Assembly: GCA_951406725.2 (NCBI GenBank) | Contig: OX597830.1 | Coordinates: 62,496,001 to 62,560,000, forward strand | DNA: 64,000 nt | Direction of reading: 5' to 3' | Source: Octopus vulgaris | Lineage: Eukaryota | Shown: positions 53,373 to 64,000 of the stretch, piece after piece | Numbering within the stretch: position 1 is the stretch's first letter | How the letters are laid out: each line of letters starts with the position of its first letter | Position numbers and translations under genes: made by a program | Notes under the pieces: model-generated | The model's input: only the letters and a program-made list of their open reading frames with translations | Databases searched by the model: none | Told to the model about the DNA's origin: nothing

Positions 53373-53510
53373 GGGAATGACTCGGTGTGTCTGGCAGACT
53401 ATTGTGATGTCTTCCGTTGTGAAATCCTTTCTGGTGCTCTGGAACCAAATTATTGGGACATGGCATTGTGTCTTGAAGATGACATGTTTGAGCTTCAACA
53501 AAAATGTATG
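53373..53510 (+). CDS. C2H2-like membrane protein exon
   Basis: cag|GNDSVCLADYCDVFRCEILSGALEPNYWDMALCLEDDMFELQQKCM|gtaagt; CLADxC motif. Confidence 0.9.
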
Positions 53511-53779
53511 GTAAGTACCATTCTTGTGTTGCAATTAGGCTGTTGTTTAACAAACATCAGGTCAGCCCTCCTTGAGCAGATTTTGGATCAGCCTTCCCAG
53601 CCATGACCATCCATTCTATGTTTAAGATTATTTATACCATAGGAATTAGAACTCAGTGTGCAAGCCACATTAATCTCCCTTATTCCTCTATTCTGATTAA
53701 TCTCCCTTATCCCTCTCCCTTATCCCCCTGTCCTGATTAGTTTCCCTTATCCCCCTGTCCCAATTGATCTCCCTTATTC

Positions 53780-54369
53780 CAGTGTTTCCCTAGGCTGTAA
53801 GACAGTTGGGGTTGGGCATGCAAGAGCGTGGGTTGTGAAAATTTTTGCAAGTGACTTGAGTGCACACTTGTCGACCCTAAGCCTATCTTTGGATATTGTA
53901 ATGAAAAAAAACATTGCCATGCAATATGTATTCTTAAACCATTGGAATTGATGTAGCTACAACCAGTCAGTGTACTGAGTCTGGTGTCTGCATTTGTTTC
54001 TGTCTCAATATCTATTATCCAAGAGAATTATTGATTCGTTTTTCTTCGTCTTATCTGGTTGAATGTGGATTCAGTGCAGTTGACAATTTGCTGGAAGCCA
54101 AGAGAAGCCGGCTTGGAATTACAAAACGTGGTGATTTACGGTTGAGGTTAACAAAATTGTCTCCTTGAATCAAAGAACTGTGCCGTATGCACCAGACACA
54201 GGGTTCTCACTAAATGAGCTGAGGTATCCATCAACCAGGTAGTTGAATTAAAAATCATGTTTCTATATTAAAAAAACAAAATTTATGGACACCAGAGTTT
54301 TTAATGTGGGGCACTGCAAAATTTGTTATTAAAATGTGGGGCACCGGAGAAAATGGTTGGGAAACACTG
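53780..54369. mobile_element. Non-autonomous hAT-like element inserted in a minisatellite
   Basis: TIRs CAGTGTTTCCC / GGGAAACACTG; flanks ccttattc / ctctattc. Confidence 0.75.
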
Positions 54370-54716
54370 CTCTATTCCAATAAATCTCCCTTATTCCTCT
54401 ATTCTAATCAATTTCCCTTATTCCTCTATTCCAATCAATCTCTTTTATTCTTCTATTCTGATCAACCCCCCCTTATTCCTCTATTCCGATCAATCTCCCT
54501 TATTCCTCTATTCCGATCAATCTCCCTTATTCTTCTATTCCAATTGACCTCCCTTATTCTTCTATTCCAATTGACCTCCCTTATTCTTCTATTCCAATTG
54601 ACCTCCCTTATTCTTCTAGTCCGATCGCCCTCCCTTATTCTTCTATTCCGATCGCCCTCCCTTATTCCTCTATTCCGATCGTCCTCCCTTATTCCTCTAT
54701 TCCGATCGACCTCCCT
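54370..54716. repeat. 27-bp minisatellite, about 13 copies (cttattcctctattccgatcaatctcc); related units at 53670-53779
   Basis: Visible periodicity; explains the repetitive ORF 54304-54852. Confidence 0.92.
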
Positions 54717-55141
54717 TTCAATTAATTTTCAAAAATCGTTTAGAATTTTGATAAATAACTTTGTTTCAATTAATTTTGAAAATAATCAAGAACTACAGAG
54801 AATAACTTGGCCCTTTTTAAGCTGGTGTTTGGAACATAACATGAAATTTTGATGAAAGATTTTGCTCCAACTGGCGCCTGTGCCAGTAGCATGTAAAAAG
54901 CACCATCCGAACGTGGGTGATGCCAGTGCTGCCTGACTGGCACCCGTGTAGGTGGTACGTAAAAAGCACCCACTACACTCTTGGAGTGGTTGGCGTTAGG
55001 AAGGGCACCCAGCTGTAGAAACATTACTAGATCAGATTGGAGCCTGGTGAGGCCTCCTGCCTTGCCCGTCCCCAGTCAAACCATCCAACCCATGTCAGCA
55101 TGGAAAACGGACGTTAAGTGATGATGAGGATCATCATCACT

Positions 55142-55568
55142 TTAACCCTTTTGTTACCATATTTCTGTTGAAATACCTTGCTTTTACTTGAATTAATTTT
55201 TAAAATAATAATTTAGTAAAATAAATTGATATTATTAACCTCATGTTTGGACCACAAATTGACATGATTTTAAATCACTTTTAACCTTTTAGTATTTAAA
55301 CCGGCCATATCCGGCCAAAATAGTTAATCTGTTTTATGTTCAAACTGACCAGATCCAGGCCCTCACACCTACCCTACAATGTTATTCTACATGAAGTAAT
55401 TACACCATCAAGATCTTGAAGATATGAGATAATGCATGATTAATTCAAATCAATGGGAATCAATAGGCATTATATTTGATTGAATAATCTGAACACTAAA
55501 GGGTTAAACAGGGTCTTTGAGTCAAAGGACCATGAACTGCCTCATGTGGTTTAGTATCAAAAGAGTTA
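55142..55568. mobile_element. Nested piggyBac-type MITEs
   Basis: ttaaccctttt... outer copy containing an inner ttaacctttt...aaagggttaa copy (about 55280-55507). Confidence 0.7.
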
Positions 55569-55821
55569 GGAAACCTCCATTTGTCAAAGCATTAAAATCC
55601 ACTTCTGCGACACAAGTTTATTCAGTTCTATCAAATCTCTGAACCAATTTTCTACCATTCCACACAACACCAAATTTGATTTCTTCATTAACTGCTTTTC
55701 TGTTTTTTTGGCTTGTTTTTTGTTTTTCTCCATTTTATGATTATTATTTTTAAAATTCCAAGAAAAAATGCCCAGGATTTTTCTGTTTGACTTTTTACAA
55801 TTATTTTATTTCCACTTCCAG

Positions 55822-55882
55822 GAAGTAATCAAAGAATGCATCCCCTCCACAGCATCTACAAATTCATCAAGACATATTCAAG
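55822..55882 (+). CDS. C2H2-like membrane protein exon
   Basis: cag|EVIKECIPSTASTNSSRHIQ|gtaaat; phase 0 to 1. Confidence 0.85.
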
Positions 55883-56092
55883 GTAAATTTGTCGGGGTTT
55901 TTATTTGTGTGTTTTTTAAGTCAAAATGGCTTTGTTCATTAATGTTATTAACTTAATTAACTTTATTAGAGAATTAGCATTAGTTAATGTTATTGAGGGG
56001 TTAAGCTGGCAAAATCATCCGCATACTGGACAACATACTTCACTGCATTTCTCGTGGCCTTACAAATGTGAGCTGAGTACTCCACAGACATA

Positions 56093-56738
56093 TTGGGTTG
56101 TCCAGAAGGTTTGTGCTAATTTATAGTAGCTTACCTTTCGACTTGTTTTAGAACATGGTTGAGTTCATAAAATAGGATTTTACTACACCTCCATTTAGTG
56201 CACAGTTTAAGCTATCTTTTCCTTAAAATCCTTAAAAATCCTTAAAAATGTTTTAGCCCGAAGGCCGCGGCCATGCTGGGGCACCACCGCTGTAAGGTTT
56301 ATGTTCCTATAACCTGTGTTAATTCTGTAACCCTTTAAAATGGACGATAAGAAAGTTCATTTTTGGCACTTGATGCTTTGGGAACCAGACGAAAATTGCT
56401 GCAGCTCGGCTGGGATGTGTTACCCAACCCTCCATATTCACCAGATATTGCTCCTTCGGATTTCCACTTATTCAGGTCTCTGCAGAATAGTCTTAATGGT
56501 AAAAATTTCAATTCTTTGGATGACATGAAAAGATACCTTGATGAATTCTTTGCCATGAAACCACCTCAATTCTGGGAAGAGGGTATTTTCAAGTTAAAGG
56601 AAAGATGGAGACGCATTGTGCAACAAAATGGTTCATATTTGGTTGATTAAAGGATTTTAAGGAAAAAATGTAAAGGCAAGTATTTATTGACCTTTTTCTT
56701 TCCTTTAAAAATCGGCACAAACTTTCCGGACAACCCAA
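56093..56738 (+). mobile_element. Second copy of the same deleted mariner, with an internal insertion
   Basis: TA|ttgggttgtcc...ggacaacccaa|TA; same deletion junction; extra sequence at 56221-56292. Confidence 0.92.
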
Positions 56739-57203
56739 TATATACCCTTAACGTAGTTCTCAGGGAGATTCAGTATGACACAGAATGTGACAAAGCTGGC
56801 CCTTTTGAATTACTGGTACAACTCAATTTTGCCAGTTGAGTGAATTGGAGAAATGTGAAATAAAGTGTTGCTGGGAATCCAACTCCTGACCTTGCAACAG
56901 TAAACCAAATACCCTGACCACTAAGCTACGGGGCTTCACATAACGGTGACCATACAACTCCACCAGGAGTTAATGTACAAGGCAAGTTTACAAATATTAG
57001 CAGGAAGATATAAGGTGAGAAATAGTTCTGCCTGACTGGGGAACATTGAGCTCTCAATGGCCCAAGAAGAAACACTGACAGATCTTGTATCACAGGGACC
57101 CAGTGAATCGGGCAGAACAAAACTGATATAAAAGCAATGGTGATTGAAGAGGTGGAGAGCCATGACTGATGAGGATTCATTTATGTTTTCTATTTATTCC
57201 CAG

Positions 57204-57271
57204 ATGTGTTTTCCAATGAAGTTTGCTCATTCTTAGATTGCCGCCGTTACTGGGAAGCACCATTTCCTCAA
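57204..57271 (+). CDS. C2H2-like membrane protein exon
   Basis: cag|(D)VFSNEVCSFLDCRRYWEAPFPQ|gtaagt; phase 1 to 0. Confidence 0.87.
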
Positions 57272-57307
57272 GTAAGTAATCCTGTTGTTGTTGTTATTAT
57301 TATTGAA

Positions 57308-58540
57308 GGCAGCGAGCTGGCAGAATCATTAGCACGCCGGGCGAAATGCCTAGCGGTATTTCGTCTGTCTTTACGTTCTGAGTTCAAATTCCGCCGAGGT
57401 CGACTTTGCCTTTCATCCTTTCAGGGTCGATTAAATAAATACCAGTTACACACTGGGGTCGATGTAATCAGCTTAATCCGTGTGTCTGTCCTCTCTGTGT
57501 TTAGCCTTTTGTGGGTAGTAAAGAAATAGGTATTTCATCTGCCGTTACATTTTAAGTTCAAATTCCGCCGAGGTCGACTTTGCCTTTCATCCTTTCAGGG
57601 TCGATTTAATAAGTACCAGTTACGCACTGGGGTCGATGTAATCGACTTAATCCGTCGTTCTGTCCTTGTTTGTCCTTTCTGTGTTTAGCCCTTTGTGGGT
57701 AGTAAAGAAATAGGTATTCCATCTGCCATTACATTTTGAGTTCAAGTTCCGCCAAGGTCGACTTTGCCTTCATCCTTTTGGAGTCGATAAATTAAGTACC
57801 AGTTGCATACTGGGGTTGATCTAATCGACTGGCCCCCTCCCCCAAAATTTCAGGCCTTGTGCATATAGTAGAAAGGATTATTGTTATTATTCGTAAGGTG
57901 GCAAGCTAGTAGAAACGTTAGCACACTTAGCAGTATTTCGTCTGTCTTTACATTCTGAGTTCAAATACCGCCAAGGTTGACTTTGCCTTTCATCCTTTCA
58001 GGGTTAAGTAAGTACCAGTTGCGCACTGGGATTGATGTATTCGACTTAATCCCTCCCCACCACCCAAAAAAAAATTTCAAGCCGTGTGCCTACAGTAAAA
58101 AGATTTATTATTGGTGGTAAGCTGGTTGAATCATTACCCCAGCAGGCAAAATGCTTAGCAGCATTTCGTCCATTATACATTCTGAGTTCAAATTCGGCCA
58201 AGGTCAACTTTGCATTTCATCCTCTCGGGGTCAATAAAATAAGTATCAGTTGAACATTGGGGTTGATATAATTGACGCATCCCCTCCCTGAAATTGCTGG
58301 CCTTGTGCCAAAATTTGAAACCATTATTATTATTATTATAAGGGGGCAAGCTGGCAGAATCGTTAGCACACCAGACAAGGTGCTTAGTGGCATTTCATCC
58401 ATCTTTATATTCTGATTTCAAATTCCACCGAGGTCAGCTTTGCCTTTCATCCTTTTGGGGTGGATAAATTGAGTATCGGTCATGTACTGGGGTTGATGTG
58501 ATCCAAACTCTGCTGAAACTTGCTGGCCTTGTGCCAAAAT
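57308..58540 (+). mobile_element. Head-to-tail cluster of about 6 SINE family A copies
   Basis: Repeated gagctggcagaa...gagttcaaattc (B-box-like)...gcctttcatcctttcggggtcgataaa..agtaccag; further copies near 880, 8480, 15850-17690, 19000, 22170, 49805-50260, 59392 and 61961. Confidence 0.85.
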
Positions 58541-58697
58541 AAAAAAAATTTATTTATTTATTTATTTTTGTTTGTTTAGCAGTTTCACGTTTACATTTTT
58601 TGTTACATTTGCAGGCTTTTACCTTATCTTGTTCCTCATTACTTGCAAAGCAGGGTCAGTACTAACTAGCTTTATCTTCTTGTGTACTTCATTAATT

Positions 58698-59038
58698 TAA
58701 TAATAATAACGAAATTATTGTATACAGTGCTCAGGTACACCACAACTTGTCAGAAAGTGCGTATAAAATATATGCAGTAATGTACAAATGTCTGGAAAGC
58801 GAACAATGTATGAGTCAGATACATGCTTGTGTGTGTATGGAGGGGAGAAAATCAGGTGTAGTGTTGGCGAATCTCAGAAAGCATGGAAGTTTTGAAGGAT
58901 GCAGTGCTCCGACAACTAACAACCGATGCCGGCAGTTTGTTCCATGCTTCAGCAACTCTCAGCGTGAAAAAATGTTTCCTAAAGTCATGGGAGCTGAGCT
59001 GTTTTCTGACTTTGTAAACATGTCCACGGGTGTTAGAC
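58698..59038 (-). mobile_element. 3' fragment of a related CR1 subfamily with a longer 3' UTR
   Basis: Reverse complement encodes TRGH..KVRKQLSSHDFRKHFFTLRVAEAWNKLPASVV; similar terminal ...ctgagcactgtatacaa and (TTA)n tail. Confidence 0.88.
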
Positions 59039-59910
59039 GGGTGGAGTCTGCTTTAGAAAGCAGAAAAAGTTATAATTAACTTCAACTACAGGGTACAGCA
59101 AATAAAACCTCCAAAAATTAACTGTTCTTGACCAACACTTCAACAGCAAATATACATCGTGCCCCTGTTCTATTTATGATGCTAGCTACAAAAGGAGAGA
59201 ATGGTAAAACATTAGCTCTATGAAGACTTCACTACCACCTGTCTATCTTCCATAGGGACTCATCAATGGCTGTGTAAAATATTGGAGATAATTCAGCCAC
59301 ATCCTATGAAAATAGCAGGAGAGGTACTTGCTAGATTATCTCCTCTTGTCCTTCATCAAATAGGAAATATGGAGGGTATTTTATCCTTCAAGGTGGCGAG
59401 CTGGCAGAAACGTTAGCACGCCGGGTGAAATGCTTAGCGGTATTTCGTCTGCCGTTGTGTTCTGAGTTCAAATTCCACCAAGGTCGACTTCGCCTTTCAT
59501 CCCTTCAGGTTCGATTAAATAAGTACCAGTTACGCACTGGGGTCGATGTAATCGACTTAATACCTATGTCTGTCCTTGTTTGTCCCCTCTATGTTTAGCC
59601 CCTTGTGGGCAATAAAGAAGTAGGTATTTTATCCTTCAGATAGGTAAATTCTGTCACCTACGAACTTTATTTTGATGGGTGTTACAGGATTTGAACTTAC
59701 GACTGGTGGTTAATAGTGCAGCACCAAGGACTGGGATAGACGTTTTTTAATGTCTCCAGAAATTCATCATCATTATCAAATTTGCTTCCCAACATGGTTC
59801 TGGGTTCAATCCCACTGCGTGGCACCTTGGGCAAGTGTCTTTTACTATAACTTCGAGCCGACTAAAGCCTTGTGAGTGGATTTGGTAGATGGAAACTGAA
59901 AGAAGCCCAT

Positions 59911-59957
<47 letters not shown>

Positions 59958-61093
59958 ACATATATATATGCTGTTTTTGTCTGTTTGTCGTCCCCCCCCC
60001 CACTATCGCTTGACAACCAATGTTTGTGTGTTTACATCCCTGTAACGTAGCAGTTCAGCAAAAAGATACCAATAGAATAAGTACCAGGCTTAAAAAGAAT
60101 AAGTCCTAGGGTCAATTTGTTCACCTAAAGGTGGTGCTCCTGCATGGCTGCTGTCAACTGACTGAAACAAGTAAAAGAATTATCATCCGTTTTCCTTGCT
60201 GGTATTTGGTGGATGGTTTGCCATGATCCAACGAGCCTGAGGACCACCTCAAGCTTCAATGTCAGCTATGACGTGGTTTCTATAGCTGGATTCCCTTCCT
60301 AATACCAACCACTTTACAGTGTGCCCCTGGGTACCTTTTTTTCCTGGCACCCGCACTAGTGAGGTTGCCAAGTACCTCACAAGACAAGAAATTACCCTCT
60401 TCACTGTGTAGGAGCGGCTAATTGGCGTCCGTGCCAGTAGCACGTAAAAAGCACCATTCGAGCGTGATCGTTACCAGCGTCACCTTACTGGCACCTGTGC
60501 AGGTGGCACGTAAAAAAATACACTATTTGGGCGTGGCCATTGCCAGTACCGCCTTACTGGCCCTCATGTCGGTGGCACGTAAAAGCACCCACTACACTCA
60601 TGGAATGGTTGGCGTTAGGAAGGGCATCCAGCTGTAGAAATTCTGCCAGATCAAGATTGGAGCCTGGTGCAGCCATCTGGTTTACTAGCCCTCAGTCAAA
60701 TCGTCGACCCCATGCTAGCGTGGAAAGCAGACGTTATACGATGATGATGATACATTTGACAGGATAATCTGAACACTAAAGGAGGAAATACGTCTTTGAT
60801 GTCATAGCAATTTATAAACTTTCAAAGGAACAGGAAATAGCTCTCTTTTTGGAACAGTGGATCTCAAAGCATGCATAAAGCTATAAATGATATGTAAATA
60901 TTTGGATGGAAAACCATTTTGGATAGAAAAAGATATGGGTTTCCGCCCAAAACCATTTTTCGATTCAACATTTCCATGCTATTATTTACATTCTTTGTGT
61001 GCTTCGAGATTCACTGTTCCTAAAAAGAAATATGTATGTTTTCTCTTACATTGTCTTAAAATTTCATTCAGAAGAGATCTTTTTTCTCTGCAG

Positions 61094-61188
61094 GGGGCCT
61101 CCATTGGAACAGCAGCGTACATTATAATGTCCGTGATTCTGGTGTTTTTCCTGAGTCTCTACTACTGCATAGCTTACCATTATTTTTA
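61094..61188 (+). CDS. C2H2-like membrane protein exon with predicted transmembrane helix; gene probably continues beyond
   Basis: cag|GASIGTAAYIIMSVILVFFLSLYYCIAYHYF(TA)|gtaagt; about 22 hydrophobic residues. Confidence 0.85.
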
Positions 61189-62309
61189 GTAAGTATTTCT
61201 CAACCTTTTTTTTTGTTTTGTTTTGTTTTTTTGCATGCATGGTTGTGTGGTAAGAAGCTTTCTTCCCAACCACATAGTTCCAGGTTCGGTCCCACTGCAT
61301 GGCACCTTAGGCAAATGTCTTCTTCTATAACTTTGGGCTGACCAAAGCCTTGTGAGTAGATTTGGTAGAAGGGAACTGAAAGAAGCCCATCATGTGTGTA
61401 TGCATCTGTGTGTGTGTGTCTGTGTGTTTGTGTGTGTATATGTAAGTACATGGAAGCTGATACATAAATATTGGTGACCTGCAAGGACACAGTATTTCGT
61501 TGTGCAACTGTAATATACAACAAAGTATATTAAATGCTTTTATTAAGTCGATACTGTGTTCTACTGTGTTAGCAGTGATATTAAATCACTTGTTAAGGTC
61601 ATCTCTACAAATTTTCTATAGAAATTATAGCCACCACTGATTTTGTTAGGATGTTTCGTATCCAAGACGCCTGATATAAATGTGATAAAAGAAAAACGGG
61701 TAATGGGTATATGTGTCATGTTTCAGGAGTTTTTTGCTCTTTCGTCAGCACCCATCCAACCCATTAACTGTCCACAAACACATTGCTTAAATAGCCACAA
61801 AACATAGAAGCATAATGTATATTTTCCACAGGTTTATGGTTTCAATTACCAGACCGGTAGTGCATTGTATTCTTGAGTAAAACTCTTTATTTCACAGTGC
61901 TTGGGTTGACTCAGCGATAAATTGACAACCTTGCGATGAATAAGCGGCATGGTCGTTTGAGGACAGCGAGCTGGCAGAAATGTTAGCGTGCCGGGCGAAA
62001 TGCTTAGCGGTATTTCGTTTGCTGCTACGTTCTGAGTTCAAATTCCGCCGAGGTCGACTTTGCCTTTCATCCTTTCGGGGTTGATAAATTAAGTACCAGT
62101 TACGCACTGGGCGACTTAATCCGTTTGTCTCCTCTGTGTTTAGCCCCTTGTGGGCAGTAAAGAAATAGGTCGTTTGAAAGCTACAACACTATGAGGAAGT
62201 ACAGCATGACTAGTGATGTGTAACAACATCTGATAGTGCAGTTGATGCAGTAATACGATGATATGGTTTCTTATTACATTGGATATGTTGTATAGTTTGT
62301 CATACAACA

Positions 62310-63320
62310 GGTGCAGGAGTGGCTATGTGGTAAGTAGCTTGCTTACCAACCGCATGGTTCCGGGTTCATTCCCACTGCGTAGCACCTTGGGCAAGTGTCT
62401 TCTACTATAGCCTCGGGCCAACCAAAGCCTTGTGAGTGGATTTGGCAGACGGAAACTGAAAGAAGCCCGTCGTATATATGTATGCATATGTGTGTGTTTG
62501 CCCCCCCCCCCCAACATCGCTTGACAACTGATGGTGGTGTGTTTACGTCCCCGTAACTTAGCGGTTCGGCAAAAAGGACCAATAGAATAAGTACTAGGCT
62601 TACAAAGAATAAGTCCTGGGGTCGATTTGCTTGACTAAATGCAGTACTCCAGCATGGCCACAGTCAAATGACTGAAACAAGTAAAAGAGTATTAGGTTGG
62701 GTGTAATGCTTTGCTAACATTCAGTGTTGATTGTATTAGGCTTGGAAGCAACGTCAGTTAAATATAATTCTAAGTAAGAATACGATTTGGTCGGCTGATT
62801 AATCACTTATGATCTGGAATTAGCACTACACTTCCAGAAACTTTTAATTAATGGTTTCTGAGTGAATTTAGTAGATGGAATCGATGTAGAAGCTGATTGT
62901 GGGTATGTGTGTTTTTAGATATATTTAAATATAAAAAAGCGCAGGAGTGGCTGTGTGGTGAGTAGCTTGCTCACCAACCACATGGTTCCGGGTTCAGTCC
63001 CACTGTGTGGCACCTTTGACAAATGTCTTCTACTATAGCCTCGGGCTGACCAAAGCCTTGTGAGTGGATTTGGTAGATGGAAACTGAAAGAAGCCCGTCA
63101 TATATATGTATGTGTGTTTATGTGTTTGTGTTTGTCCCCTCAACATCACTTGACAACCGATGCTGGTGTGTTTACGTCCCCGTAACATAGCGGTTCGGCA
63201 AAAGAGACAAATAGAATAAGTACTAGGCTTACAAAGAATAAGTCCTGGGGTCAATTTGCTCGACTAAAGGCGGTGCTGCAGCATGGCTGCAGTCAAATGA
63301 CTGAAACAAGTAAAAGAGTA
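62310..63320 (+). mobile_element. Two full-length SINE family B copies (62310-62690, 62940-63320)
   Basis: Colinear with the family B consensus; gtaaaaga tails. Confidence 0.85.
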
Positions 63321-63524
63321 AATATATTTTAAAGAAGATTGTTGTGTAAGTCCAGGAACAATGCAAGAAGGTACAAAGGAATCTACCAAAAGAGAAGAAA
63401 ATAGAACAAGGTTGCAGTTTTACCTTGTGTTTCTATCTTTCAGGATGAAGACCCCTTCTTCAGGACATTCAGGAAAGTGGGAGTAGGAAAAGGTTGTTGC
63501 TACACACACACACACATGCTATCA

Positions 63525-63850
63525 TTTGCAATGGCTGGAGAGGTGTCCTCATCTTGTTTGTTGTTACCACAACATTTCAGCTGGTGTACTCTCCACCCTT
63601 CATCAGGTGTTCTGGTGGAATTTCAAACTAATGGGGTACTCTGTTCTCATTCCTAAGGTAATGTTGCTGATGTTATTTTTCTCTTCATATTATGGAATGA
63701 GAACAGTGTACCCCATTAGTCAAATAAAAGGGTTGGGTTTGAAATCCCACCAGAACACCTGATGAAGGCTGGGGAGTACATCAGCCAAAATGTTGTGATA
63801 ACAAACCAGGTGAGGATACCTATCCGTCCATTGTAAATAATGTACATAAT
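63525..63850. mobile_element. Foldback pLTR-like repeat with a hammerhead motif in each arm
   Basis: Arms of about 100 bp plus an inner hairpin at 63627-63720; acacCTGATGAaggctg...cagcc(G/A)AAA(c/t)gttgtg. Confidence 0.7.
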
Positions 63851-64000
63851 TACTCATCTCAGAAATATAGAATAGGTACAGGTGTGGCTGTGTGGTAAAG
63901 AAGCTTGCTTACCAACCACATGGTTCCGGGTTCAGTCCACCTGCATGGCACCTTGGGCAAGTGTCTTCTACAATAGTCTCGGGCTGACCAAAGCCTTTTA

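Noticed and set aside
54304-54852. 182-aa Leu/Ser-rich ORF
   Set aside because: It is a product of the 27-bp minisatellite.
63444-63486. Possible next exon of the membrane-protein gene after tttcag
   Set aside because: Joining to the phase 2 TA gives an immediate TAG, and the sequence looks repeat-derived.

Overview
AT-rich, microsatellite-dense eukaryotic genomic DNA. The SINE repertoire and composition point to a coleoid cephalopod, probably Octopus (inference). Two spliced + strand genes are present. (1) The 3' half of a RasGEF1-family gene: 10 coding exons at 2118-17816, followed by a probable long, hairpin-rich 3' region. (2) An uncharacterised, Cys-rich, single-pass membrane protein with one C2H2-like motif: 6 exons at 45000-61188, one GC-AG intron, and first and last exons not found. 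The rest is a mosaic of mobile DNA: CR1-clade LINEs (one with an open 921-aa ORF2 but a broken RT motif), an R4/Dong-like RLE fragment, internally deleted mariners, piggyBac and hAT remnants and MITEs, non-autonomous Helitrons, and three or four SINE families. The most unusual signals are several unrelated short repeats, often foldback, that carry minimal Penelope-type hammerhead ribozyme motifs, one with the core C3-G8 pair swapped to G3-C8, and a 791-bp foldback transposon with an 8-bp TSD and internal telomeric repeats. All calls were made by eye; no searches were run.
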